This document shows, piece by piece, positions 47,712-56,899 of a DNA stretch of 64,000 nucleotides (position 1 is its first letter; every line of letters begins with the position of its first letter). The notes below the pieces were generated by a model. That model made no database searches, was not told where the DNA came from, and saw only the letters and a program-made list of their open reading frames with translations. The DNA lies in NCBI GenBank assembly GCA_022615575.1, contig JAKEGM010000071.1, positions 12,164 through 76,163 of the forward strand, written 5' to 3'. Source of the stretch: Planctomycetales bacterium (GTDB lineage Bacteria; Planctomycetota; Phycisphaerae; Sedimentisphaerales; Anaerohalosphaeraceae). The position numbers and the translations under genes are program-made.

Positions 47712-49409
47712 ATGAAAGAATTATTAATCCAAGCAGCCGAGCGGAGCGGGATTGTCAATGCCCAACTGCTTCGGGATTTTTTTGCCGAACACGCTGGCGA
47801 TACCCAGCGCATCGACCAGCTTTTGCTGACAGCGCCGACGTTTACGGAAGACGTGGTGCTGCGGCTGTTTGGCGAGGCGCTGGGAATCCCCTTTTTTGAG
47901 GAGATCAGCAGCAAGGATGTGCCGAAAGAGTTTATCGAGCATATCCCAGCGCCGTATGCCCAGCATCATTATGTCATCGGCATTCAGCCCCAGGGCAGCG
48001 GCGCCATTACCGTCATCGCGGCCAACCCGCTCAACGCGACAGCGGTCGATAATGTCTCCAAAATGCTTCGCCGGCCGGTCGAAATGGGTCTCGCTACCCG
48101 CGCGGCGATTACCTCGGTGATTGACGTGGCCTACGAGCAGAAGAACACGGTTATCGAGGAGGTCGCCGAGGAACTGGACGGTCAGAATCTGGACCAATTG
48201 GCCGACGAGGTCGGCAGCTCCGAAGACCTGCTGGACGTGGTCAACCGTCCGCCGGTCATCCGGCTGGTCAACGACATCCTGTTCCGCGCCCTGCAGATGC
48301 GGGCCAGCGATATTCACATTCACCCGTTCGAGACCAAGATCGTCGTGCGCTACCGCATCGACGGCATCCTGTACGACACGCTGACGCTGAACCGCAACGT
48401 GCTGCCGCTGGTGATTTCGCGCATCAAGGTGATGGCGGGGATGGATATCGCCGAACGCCGCATGCCGCAGGACGGGCGCTGCAGCGTCCGCATCGGCCAG
48501 CGTGAAATCGACCTGCGCGTCAGCACCGTGCCGACCAGCTACGGCGAACGGGCGGTGCTGCGGCTGCTGGATAAAAGCAGCGGCATCCTGACGCTGGAGC
48601 AGTTGGGATTTTGGCAGGAGGATAAAGAGGTCTTTGACCGAATGATTAACCGCACGCACGGCGTGATTTTTGTGACCGGCCCGACCGGCAGCGGCAAGAG
48701 CACCACGCTGTACGCCTGCCTCAACCGCCTGGATTCGACGGTCAAGAACATCATGACGGTTGAAGACCCCATTGAGTATCAGCTCGAGGGCATCAGCCAG
48801 ATGCAGGTGGCGCCCAAGAAGGGGATGAACTTTGTCAACGCCCTGCGGCATATCCTGCGTCAGGACCCGGATGTCATCATGGTCGGCGAGGTGCGCGACC
48901 AGGAAACCGCCGCGATGGCGATTCAGTCGTCGCTGACGGGGCACCTGGTGTTCAGCACGCTGCATACCAACGACGCCGCCGGGGCCATCAGCCGCCTGCT
49001 GGATTTCGGGGTCGAGCCGTACCTGGTCAGCTCATCCATGGTGTGCGTGCTGGCCCAGCGCCTGGTGCGGCGGATTTGCCCGGACTGCAAACAGGCCTAT
49101 GACCCCCCGGATCACGAACTGCGCGACCTGGGCATCATGGAAAGGAAAAAGACGCCGTTTTACATGGGAACCGGCTGTACCAAGTGTTTTGATACGGGCT
49201 ACCGGGGGCGAACGGGCATCTATGAGCTGATGACCATCAACGACGACATCCGCGAGATGATTTACAGCCGCCAGACCGCCGGCGCCATCAAGCGCAAGGC
49301 GCTGGAGTACGGCATGCAGACGCTGCGGATGGACGGCGCCCGCAAGGTCCAGACCGGAACGACGACGCTGGCGGAGGTGCTGCGGGTGACGCAGTCGGAT
49401 AACGTCTAA
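47712..49409 (+). CDS. gspE: Type II secretion ATPase
   Basis: ASDIH, GPTGSGKST, EDPIE, RQDPD, GHLVFSTLH, CxxC pairs. Confidence 0.96.
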   Translation: MKELLIQAAERSGIVNAQLLRDFFAEHAGDTQRIDQLLLTAPTFTEDVVLRLFGEALGIPFFEEISSKDVPKEFIEHIPAPYAQHHYVIGIQPQGSGAITVIAANPLNATAVDNVSKMLRRPVEMGLATRAAITSVIDVAYEQKNTVIEEVAEELDGQNLDQLADEVGSSEDLLDVVNRPPVIRLVNDILFRALQMRASDIHIHPFETKIVVRYRIDGILYDTLTLNRNVLPLVISRIKVMAGMDIAERRMPQDGRCSVRIGQREIDLRVSTVPTSYGERAVLRLLDKSSGILTLEQLGFWQEDKEVFDRMINRTHGVIFVTGPTGSGKSTTLYACLNRLDSTVKNIMTVEDPIEYQLEGISQMQVAPKKGMNFVNALRHILRQDPDVIMVGEVRDQETAAMAIQSSLTGHLVFSTLHTNDAAGAISRLLDFGVEPYLVSSSMVCVLAQRLVRRICPDCKQAYDPPDHELRDLGIMERKKTPFYMGTGCTKCFDTGYRGRTGIYELMTINDDIREMIYSRQTAGAIKRKALEYGMQTLRMDGARKVQTGTTTLAEVLRVTQSDNV

Positions 49410-49411
49410 GG

Positions 49412-49847
49412 ATTGTATATTGTATATTGTAAATTGTATATTGTATATTGGTGAAGAAGTATTGTCCTGTGAATAAGGAAGAATTGAAACAACGGACTAA
49501 ACGCTTTGCTCATCGATGCGTGAAATTATGTATGGCGCTGCCGAACACAATCCTTGGACGGCATATATCGGGACAACTTGTCCGCAGCTCGACGGCTGTC
49601 GCTGCAAATTACAGAGCTGTTTGTATGGCCCAATCAAGAGCCACTTTTATTTCAAAACTTGCAATTGTCATAGAAGAAGTTGATGAATCGTATTTTTGGA
49701 TTGAATTTGCGTCGGATGAAAAATTAGTCAAGCCAAAACAAATTGCTGGCTTGCTGGAGGAAGCTCAAGCGTTAACGGCTATTTTTGTGGCTTCTCAGAA
49801 TACAGCCAGACGTAACAAGAAGTAATATACAATTTACAATATACAAT
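49412..49847 (+). mobile_element. Putative four-helix-bundle cassette bounded by inverted 7-nt-period repeat arms
   Basis: (ATTGTAW)x5.5 at 49412-49450 and (WTACAAT)x3.4 at 49824-49847; 49419-49442 is the exact reverse complement of 49824-49847. Confidence 0.6.
49469..49825 (+). CDS. Four helix bundle protein (23S rRNA IVP/TIGR02436-like)
   Basis: LKQRTKRFA, QLVRSSTAVAANYRA, FISKL..VIEE.DES.FW; AT-richer than its neighbours. Confidence 0.9.
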   Translation: MNKEELKQRTKRFAHRCVKLCMALPNTILGRHISGQLVRSSTAVAANYRAVCMAQSRATFISKLAIVIEEVDESYFWIEFASDEKLVKPKQIAGLLEEAQALTAIFVASQNTARRNKK

Positions 49848-49861
49848 TTATTCATTCGTTT

Positions 49862-51076
49862 ATGCCGAGATTTGAATACATTGCGATTAACGCCGCCAAG
49901 AAGGCGGAAAAAGGCACGGTAACGGCCGAAAGCGCATTGGCCGCCCGCAAGCATCTGCGCAGCCGGGGTCTGCATCCGACGGACATTACGCAGATTCGGA
50001 TGGAAACGGCCCAAAAAACCTTTAAGGACTTTTTTGCGCGCAGCGGCAAGAAAGAAGTGGCCGGCTTTACCAAGGAGCTTTCCACCATGCTCAACGCCGG
50101 CATCAAGCTGACCGACGCACTGAGCGTGCTGACGCTGCAGGTGACCAACCCCCACCTGCGGGCGACGGTGACGGAAATCCGCGACCGCGTTGTGACGGGC
50201 GAATCCTTCGCCGATTCGCTGGCCGAGTACGAGCAGTTTTTCGACGTGATTTATGTCAGCATGATGCGCGTCGGCGAGGCCACGGGCACGCTGGGCGACA
50301 GTTTGGCGACCATCGCGGCGTTTATGGACAAGCGCCAGCGGCTCGAAGCGAAAATGACAACGGTGATGATGTATCCAGCCATCCTGTTTCTGTTTTGTAT
50401 TATCGTGGTGCTGGTGATTACGATTGTGGTGATTCCCAAAATCACCGAGCAGCTGGTCAAAACCGGCCAGCAGCTTCCGTGGATTACCAAGGCGATTATG
50501 AAGTTTTCCGCCCTGCTGACGAGCTGGTGGCTGCTGGTGATTATCGCGGCCATTGTCGGGCTTGTCCTGCTGTATAAGCGGCTGATGAAAACCGACAAAG
50601 GGGCTGCCATGCGCGACACGCTGCTGCTGAAACTGCCCGGCATGGGCAAGCTGCTCAAGCAGGAAATCGTGGCGCGGTTCACCTCGACGCTGGCCACGCT
50701 GCTGGGGTCGGGGCTGTCGATGGCCGAATCGCTGCGGGTGGTCAGTCAGGTCACCGGCAACATCATTATGATCAATGCCATCCGGCAGGCCCGCGAGCGC
50801 ATCCTGTCGGGGGCGGATATTTCCACGCCGCTGCGGGACAGCGGCGTGATTGACCCGGCGATTGCCCACATGGTGACCATCGGCGAAAAAAGCGGCGAAC
50901 TCGAACAGATGCTGCGGATGATCAGCGACAACCTTGAGGCGGATTCGGACCTGCGGATCGAGCGGTTCAGCCGGATTATTGAGCCGGTGATTATCGTCTT
51001 TATGGCCGGCATTATCGGCGTTATCGCATACGCGACGCTGCTGCCCCTGTTTAAGTATTCGGTTACGCAGTTTTGA
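49862..51076 (+). CDS. gspF: Type II secretion inner membrane platform protein
   Basis: AGIKL, GEATGTL, MYP, GEKSGEL, IEP. Confidence 0.95.
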   Translation: MPRFEYIAINAAKKAEKGTVTAESALAARKHLRSRGLHPTDITQIRMETAQKTFKDFFARSGKKEVAGFTKELSTMLNAGIKLTDALSVLTLQVTNPHLRATVTEIRDRVVTGESFADSLAEYEQFFDVIYVSMMRVGEATGTLGDSLATIAAFMDKRQRLEAKMTTVMMYPAILFLFCIIVVLVITIVVIPKITEQLVKTGQQLPWITKAIMKFSALLTSWWLLVIIAAIVGLVLLYKRLMKTDKGAAMRDTLLLKLPGMGKLLKQEIVARFTSTLATLLGSGLSMAESLRVVSQVTGNIIMINAIRQARERILSGADISTPLRDSGVIDPAIAHMVTIGEKSGELEQMLRMISDNLEADSDLRIERFSRIIEPVIIVFMAGIIGVIAYATLLPLFKYSVTQF

Positions 51077-51135
51077 CGATTGAGAAGCGGATATTGAAAA
51101 CAATATCCCATATCAAATATTCAATATACAATTTT
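51077..51135. repeat. Empty heptad-repeat hairpin (F-G junction)
   Basis: GGATATTG-AAAA-CAATATCC; the right arm begins the run CAATATC CCATATC AAATATT CAATATA CAATTTT. Confidence 0.6.
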
Positions 51136-51150
51136 ATTGAGAGGTTGATT

Positions 51151-51585
51151 ATGAAACAAAAAAGAAAGAGCAACGGTTTTACCCTGGTGGAACTGATGGC
51201 GGTACTGCTGATTATCGCGCTGCTGGCGGGGCTGGCGGCCACCAATTTCATGGGCCAGACGGACAAGGCCAAGCAGATTACCACCAAGGCCGACCTGAAA
51301 ACGCTGCACAATGCCGTCAATATGTTCAAACTGGATACCGGCCGGTATCCCAGCGAAGATGTCGGGCTGATTGAGCTGATCGAGCAGCCCACCGATGTCG
51401 AGGGCTGGAATATGGAGGGGTATCTGGGGACGACGTCGCTGCCCAAAGACGCCTGGAAAAGCGAATTTATGTTCATGCTCAATCCCGAAAGCGGCAAGCC
51501 CTTTGTGATTATCAGCTACGGGGCCGACGGCAAGGAGGGGGGCGAAGGTTATGACATGGACCTGTACAGCACCGATACCGAATAA
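51151..51585 (+). CDS. gspG: Type II secretion major pseudopilin
   Basis: GFTLVELM, FKLDTGRYP, PKDAW, SYGADGKEGGEG. Confidence 0.95.
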   Translation: MKQKRKSNGFTLVELMAVLLIIALLAGLAATNFMGQTDKAKQITTKADLKTLHNAVNMFKLDTGRYPSEDVGLIELIEQPTDVEGWNMEGYLGTTSLPKDAWKSEFMFMLNPESGKPFVIISYGADGKEGGEGYDMDLYSTDTE

Positions 51586-51645
51586 TTTTCAATCTTCTGA
51601 GGTGCAATTTTCAAATTTGAAAATTGCACTTTGAAAATTGAAAAT
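51585..51645. repeat. Empty heptad-repeat palindrome (G-H junction)
   Basis: Perfect 28-bp palindrome GTGCAATTTTCAAATTTGAAAATTGCAC (51602-51629) nested in ATTTTCAAT/ATTGAAAAT. Confidence 0.7.
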
Positions 51646-51656
51646 GAGGATGTTCA

Positions 51657-52214
51657 TTGGTGGCAACAAAAGCGCACAAAGCATTTGTTCTGGTTGAGAT
51701 GCTGATGGTGATAGGGCTGATTGCCCTGATGGCGGGCGCGGCGATGATCAGCTTCGGGGCGATGTGGGGCAACCTGCGGTTCAAGCGTCAGGCCGAGCAG
51801 CTGGTGGCGGCGCTTCAGATGGCCCAGAACGCCGCCGCCGAAAGCGACCGCCGCTACGCCGTGGTGCTCGATTTTTCCGAGCAGGCGTATGTTTTGAGGG
51901 AGTTTGAAACACTGGATTTGCAGATGCCGGACCCCCAGGAAGCGATTATCCAGACAGTGCATTTTACCGGCGCCCTGACGCTGGATTATGTGCTGTACGA
52001 CGACCTGGAAGATACGCGGGATGCGGAAAATGTCACCGAGGCCCGCTTTTTAGCCGGCAAGTCCGGCTGGCAGTACGGCGGCAAGATTGCCCTGCTCGAC
52101 GAGGACGGGCGGCCGTGGACGATTGTCGTGCACCGGTTCGCCAAGCCGGTCGAGCTGTTCGAAGGCGATGTGGAGATTTTCCTGCCGCAATACCGTGAAA
52201 ACGTGCCGTTTTAA
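51657..52214 (+). CDS. Minor pseudopilin, GspH-like
   Basis: AFVLVEML prepilin-like motif; operon order. Confidence 0.75.
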   Translation: MVATKAHKAFVLVEMLMVIGLIALMAGAAMISFGAMWGNLRFKRQAEQLVAALQMAQNAAAESDRRYAVVLDFSEQAYVLREFETLDLQMPDPQEAIIQTVHFTGALTLDYVLYDDLEDTRDAENVTEARFLAGKSGWQYGGKIALLDEDGRPWTIVVHRFAKPVELFEGDVEIFLPQYRENVPF

Positions 52215-52247
52215 TGCAAAATGTGAAATATTAAATGTCCAATGTTC
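52213..52247. repeat. 7-nt-period array (H-I junction)
   Basis: AATGCAA AATGTGA AATATTA AATGTCC AATGTTC. Confidence 0.55.
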
Positions 52248-53168
52248 AGGCGTGCGTTAAAACCTGTTCGCCGGCAAACCGGCGGTTTTACCCTTGTCGA
52301 AGTGGTCGCAGCGATGATGCTGCTGGCCATTCTGCTGTCGTCGGTGCTGGTGCTGATGAACCGCTATACTGGGGCGGTCATCGATATGCATCTGCGCCAG
52401 CAGGCGTTTGAACTGGCGCGGGCCAATATGGAGCAATTGCTGTCCGAGCCGAAACTGTCGGATGTCAGCGAATACGGGACCAGCGATGCCAATCCGGATC
52501 TGGAGTGGGAAACGCTGGTGGAGCCGTTTTACGAGCCGGTGACGGAGCGCATGTGGATTCGGGCGGTCTGCTCGGCAAGTTTTCTCGACAGCAAAGGCGA
52601 GCCGCAGGACGTTGAACTGGAACACTGGATTACCAATCTGACCGCCGCTCAGGTCAAGCAGATTCTGGCCCAGCGGAAGGTTGAAGACGCCTATATGGAA
52701 CTCCTGCAGGACAACCAGGCCTCCGAGGTTCAGGAAACGACCCGCGCCTACCTTCAGCAGGAGGGTCTGGATGTAGAGGCGTACGACAAATTGCTGACCC
52801 AGCAGCGGCGGAAAAAACTCGAATACATCGCCCAGAACGGCTTTGACGGCTATGAGCAGTATCTGACGCAGCTTGAGGAGGAGGAAAACCTCTTGCTCGA
52901 AAAGCTCGGGATGAATTTTGACGGCTATAACGAGTTTGCCCGGACGTATGTGCCCGCAGGCGGCAGCGGCGAATCAACCGTGCCGGACGGGGACGACACT
53001 CTGTCCGGCGCCGACGAGGGGGGCGGAGACCTGACGGATACCCCGGCGCCCCCGGCGGATGCACCGTCCGATCAGCCGGCATCGGATATTGCCGATTTTG
53101 ACTGGAGCAATGTGCCGCCGGAACTGGTGCCGGTAATCGAACAATTGCTGGGAACCAAAAAGAAATGA
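52242..53168 (+). CDS. Minor pseudopilin, GspI-like with long C-terminal extension
   Basis: GFTLVEVV; operon order. Confidence 0.75.
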   Translation: MFRRALKPVRRQTGGFTLVEVVAAMMLLAILLSSVLVLMNRYTGAVIDMHLRQQAFELARANMEQLLSEPKLSDVSEYGTSDANPDLEWETLVEPFYEPVTERMWIRAVCSASFLDSKGEPQDVELEHWITNLTAAQVKQILAQRKVEDAYMELLQDNQASEVQETTRAYLQQEGLDVEAYDKLLTQQRRKKLEYIAQNGFDGYEQYLTQLEEEENLLLEKLGMNFDGYNEFARTYVPAGGSGESTVPDGDDTLSGADEGGGDLTDTPAPPADAPSDQPASDIADFDWSNVPPELVPVIEQLLGTKKK

Positions 53169-53959
53169 CGCACAGCCGACATAAAAACGCGTTCACGCTG
53201 GTCGAGACCCTGGTTGTCCTGATGCTGGCGGCCCTGATTTTGACCTCCGTTTTGGGCATTTATCAGCAGGTGCGCGGCGCCGCCGTCACCATCCTGGAGC
53301 GGATGGAGGAAGACCGTCTCCAGACGGAGATTTTGCAGAAGATTGCCGAAGACATTGACCGGCTGGCGGCGCCGGGGTTTGACGCCGTCATCACGTTCGG
53401 CACCAAGCTGGACAACGGCTATCGTTCGGCCCAGCTGACCCTCGAAAACAGCTACTACGGCAATAACGACAAAAAAGAGACCTACGAACGGATTGTCTGG
53501 CAGACATCGTATGACCCGATAGGGAAAACCCTGATTTTGTACCGGATGCACGATGGGCTGAATGTGGAGGACAAGGTGCTCGAAACCGACGCCGAATCGT
53601 CCGCCAGTGCGGGGCTGTATATTCCGGTATCCGACGGCGTAACATTTTTTGACATACAGGCCCTGGAGGGCGAGAATACCGCCGACCGGTGGCAGTCCGA
53701 GACGCTGCCCAAGGCGGTGCGGGTGGGGATTTCCTTTGCCTTGCCGCGGGAACTTCCGGACGGCAGCATCGGCGTGCCCGAAGAGGAGCTCTTTTACCGG
53801 ACGATAGCGATTGACCGGACGCGGGCGATTCCCTATGAGTTTATCAAAAAGAAGTTCGACCTGCCCGAAGAGCAGGACCCCAATGATCTTTTGAACGAAA
53901 ACGACCCCAATGCCCCCGCGGATGCGGCGGATAAGGAGTCGAACGGCAAAAACGGATGA
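53165..53959 (+). CDS. Minor pseudopilin, GspJ-like
   Basis: AFTLVETL; LPKAVRV near the C-terminus. Confidence 0.75.
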   Translation: MTHSRHKNAFTLVETLVVLMLAALILTSVLGIYQQVRGAAVTILERMEEDRLQTEILQKIAEDIDRLAAPGFDAVITFGTKLDNGYRSAQLTLENSYYGNNDKKETYERIVWQTSYDPIGKTLILYRMHDGLNVEDKVLETDAESSASAGLYIPVSDGVTFFDIQALEGENTADRWQSETLPKAVRVGISFALPRELPDGSIGVPEEELFYRTIAIDRTRAIPYEFIKKKFDLPEEQDPNDLLNENDPNAPADAADKESNGKNG

Positions 53960-55416
53960 AGATGACTCTCCCGACAACCCGTTGGCTTCCGAAGAGCGGC
54001 CGGCCTGCCGGCTTTGCCCTGATGGTTGCGCTGATTGTGCTGGTGGTCTTGTCCTCGCTGATGACGGGATTGGCGCTGCATTTGACAATGGCCAAACGGC
54101 GCCAGCAGTATATGATTGAATATCAGCGCGCCCGCTACGGCGCGGATTCGGCGATGAAGTATATTTTGACGGAGCTTCCCCAGCGGAACTTTGCGGTTCA
54201 GAACCGCGTCGGCAAGCCCGATTTTTCCGACCTGTACTGGATGAACGACGCCGAGTATTCGCAATTTATCGCCAACTGGGCGATGACGGCCACCGTTGAG
54301 GATGTCGAATCGGTACTCAAAGACGGCGTCTCGCTGGGGGTGTCGGATGAAATGAACGCCGAAAACCTGTTTTCCAACCTGATGTCGCTGTTTGGCGCAG
54401 GCGGCACATCGGACCTGCCGGAAAACCCCGCGCCAGACGCAAACAGCGTTGAAACGGACTCCGGCGACCCCAATGAAGCGTTTTACGGGGGCGAGCTGGA
54501 CCCCAATGACATTGAAATCCCCGGCCCGTATGGACCGAGCTGGCCCTATGTGATGGAACCGATTGAACTGGAAATCGGCACCTGCCGGGTGACGATTGTC
54601 GTGGAGGATGAAAACGCCAAGATGCCGCTGAGCTGGCTGGTTACCAATTCCAGCGCCGCCAACAAGCAGGCCGAAAATGCCCTGCTGACGTTTTGCGAAT
54701 GGATGGCCCGCGATATGCAGGGCCTTGGGGAGCTTCAGGAAACCATTCAGACGGCCATGGACGAGGTGTACAAAAGAAAGGCGTTCAAACTGAACCCCAG
54801 CCCGATTATTCTCCGGCCGGCCGCCGCGCAGCCCCAGCCCGCCAAGCCGGCGGGTCCCCCCCAGACGACGGCCGCGGGCCGGCGAAAGGCGGCACGAATC
54901 CTGACCCAGCAGGGAGGGTCGCAGCCGGCTCCGCAGACGGCGCCCCGGGAGCGGCGCCCCGTGGCCCATACGACGGATTTTGCCAAGCTGTTTCACAGTT
55001 CGCTGCTGAATCAGGAGGTCCTGGCCCGCCCCCTGCCCGATATGGGCCAGCGGCAGGAAAGCCCCCTGAAGTATTTATCGCTCTGGGGCGCCCAGCGGGT
55101 GAATATCAATACGGCCCCGCGCCATGTGCTGGAGGCGACCTTTACGCTTGCCATCGACCCGCTGGTGGCCAGCGAACTTGCCCATGCGGTGATTGAACAG
55201 CGGAAGGAAAAGCCGTTTCGCAGCGCGGCCGAATTGAAGGAACTGGGCCGGCTGGATGCGGGCACCATGAACACGCTGCAGAATTATATAACGACGGCCA
55301 GCACGTTCTTCCAGGTTCGGGTTACCAGCCGCAGCGGCAATGCCCGCGCGGTCGCGGTGGCCACCGTCGTCAAGGAAGGAAAACAGATGGAACGGCTGGC
55401 CATTTTATATCAGTGA
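53956..55416 (+). CDS. gspK: Minor pseudopilin GspK
   Basis: GFALMVAL, EDENAK, VNINTA, HhH region with PF.S..EL, S.FF.V. Confidence 0.8.
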   Translation: MKMTLPTTRWLPKSGRPAGFALMVALIVLVVLSSLMTGLALHLTMAKRRQQYMIEYQRARYGADSAMKYILTELPQRNFAVQNRVGKPDFSDLYWMNDAEYSQFIANWAMTATVEDVESVLKDGVSLGVSDEMNAENLFSNLMSLFGAGGTSDLPENPAPDANSVETDSGDPNEAFYGGELDPNDIEIPGPYGPSWPYVMEPIELEIGTCRVTIVVEDENAKMPLSWLVTNSSAANKQAENALLTFCEWMARDMQGLGELQETIQTAMDEVYKRKAFKLNPSPIILRPAAAQPQPAKPAGPPQTTAAGRRKAARILTQQGGSQPAPQTAPRERRPVAHTTDFAKLFHSSLLNQEVLARPLPDMGQRQESPLKYLSLWGAQRVNINTAPRHVLEATFTLAIDPLVASELAHAVIEQRKEKPFRSAAELKELGRLDAGTMNTLQNYITTASTFFQVRVTSRSGNARAVAVATVVKEGKQMERLAILYQ

Positions 55417-55453
55417 AAATGACAAACGGAATCCTGAAACGGGAGTTAATCAC

Positions 55454-56899
55454 GTGGATGAAAAGGGAAGCTTAGGACTTTTTCTTTCGAGAGACAAAGC
55501 GGCGGCGGTCTGGGTGTCTTCGGGCGCGGATGCCTCGGTGCAGGGTGTCCTGAATGTTCTGCCCCGGGGGGAAGGCGAACCGGCGACGCTTGCCCTGCAG
55601 GCGGCCCGCGCTGCGGTGCAGCGGGGGCTTGCGTTTGACGAGGTTTTTCTGGCCGTGGATTGCGGCTATTATACGCGGCACAATCTGCATTCCGAGTTCG
55701 ACGATTATGCGCAGGTGGAAAGCACCATCAAGTACGACGCCGAAGAAGCCGCCGCCGCGGATGCGATGAACCTGGCGACGGCGTTTGAAATTACCGGCAA
55801 AGACCCCGCCGGTTCAAAGGTGACGGTGTATGCGGCGGACCGCCAGCTTTTGACGGACATCCTGATGGATGTGCAGGAAGGCGGCCTGGACCCGACGGCC
55901 ATTGAGCCGGATGCCGTGTGTCTGGGGCGCGCCCTTTCTCATAAAATGCGCATGGCCGAACGGACGAATACGCTTTTTGCCGTCTTGTCTTCGGCCAGTT
56001 GTTATCTGTTCCGGCCGCAGCCCGGTTACGCCCCGGCCGTTCGCACATTCCTGGTGGGGCAGGGGCAGAATGTCGCCGCCGTCCTGGCGCGGGAAATTCT
56101 GCTGCTTGGCGCCTCGGAGGCCCCCCAAAGCGCGCTGACGTCGCTGGTTTTGGTTGGCCGAACCGAGACGGTTGATACGGCGATTCTGCATCAGCGCACC
56201 GGCCTGGAGGTGACGGCCGAGACCCCGGAAAAAGACCTTGCCCTGGCGGCGGACGCCGACGGGGTCCTTTGCCATGAACTGCTGGCCGCCTACGGCGCGG
56301 CGCTGGCGGGCCGAACGCGCGAGCCCAAAGCGGATTTTCGCCGGGATTTTATGCCGTTTCAGGGACGCCGAAAGGCGCTCGAAGGCAGCTTGCGGAAAAT
56401 CGGGATTGCCCTGACGGTTCTTCTGGCCGCCGCCGCCGTGTTTTTCCAGATCAAGGCGTTTCAGATGAAAAGCTATGCCCGGCAGTTAACCGCCAAGACG
56501 GCCAGGCAGTATGCGGCGGTTATGGAGGGAAAGTCGCCGCCGCCGGGAGCCAGGCCGACCACCAAACTGAACACCGTTTATTCGCAGATACAAAAGGAAC
56601 AGGAGGGGTTCGGGCTTGGCGATGAAACATTGGTGCCCAGCAAACTGATGTTTTTCTTTGAGGCGCTCAACCAGATGCCGTCCGCGGTGGACATCCGCGT
56701 CCAGCAGATAACGATTAACGAGCGTTCCATGAAGGTCAAAGGGGACGCCGGCAACCGCGCCGGAACAATGGTTTTGCTCAGCGAAATTAAAAAACATCCG
56801 CGGATTTCGCTGGCATCGGAGCGTGTTGCCCCAAACCCCGACGGGCGCGATGCCTTTGAAATTACCCTGGAACCCAAAAAAGCCGAGGCCAAACCATGA
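55454..56899 (+). CDS. GspL/PilM-PilN-like assembly protein
   Basis: Actin-like cytoplasmic domain, one TM, periplasmic ferredoxin-like domain; GGGAG RBS before GTG 55454. Confidence 0.7.
   Translation: MDEKGSLGLFLSRDKAAAVWVSSGADASVQGVLNVLPRGEGEPATLALQAARAAVQRGLAFDEVFLAVDCGYYTRHNLHSEFDDYAQVESTIKYDAEEAAAADAMNLATAFEITGKDPAGSKVTVYAADRQLLTDILMDVQEGGLDPTAIEPDAVCLGRALSHKMRMAERTNTLFAVLSSASCYLFRPQPGYAPAVRTFLVGQGQNVAAVLAREILLLGASEAPQSALTSLVLVGRTETVDTAILHQRTGLEVTAETPEKDLALAADADGVLCHELLAAYGAALAGRTREPKADFRRDFMPFQGRRKALEGSLRKIGIALTVLLAAAAVFFQIKAFQMKSYARQLTAKTARQYAAVMEGKSPPPGARPTTKLNTVYSQIQKEQEGFGLGDETLVPSKLMFFFEALNQMPSAVDIRVQQITINERSMKVKGDAGNRAGTMVLLSEIKKHPRISLASERVAPNPDGRDAFEITLEPKKAEAKP

Noticed and set aside
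49469..49825. Four-helix protein as the Avd of a diversity-generating retroelement, with the 63-bp shared segment as TR/VR
   Set aside because: No reverse transcriptase in the window, and the mismatches between the copies are not confined to adenines of one copy.
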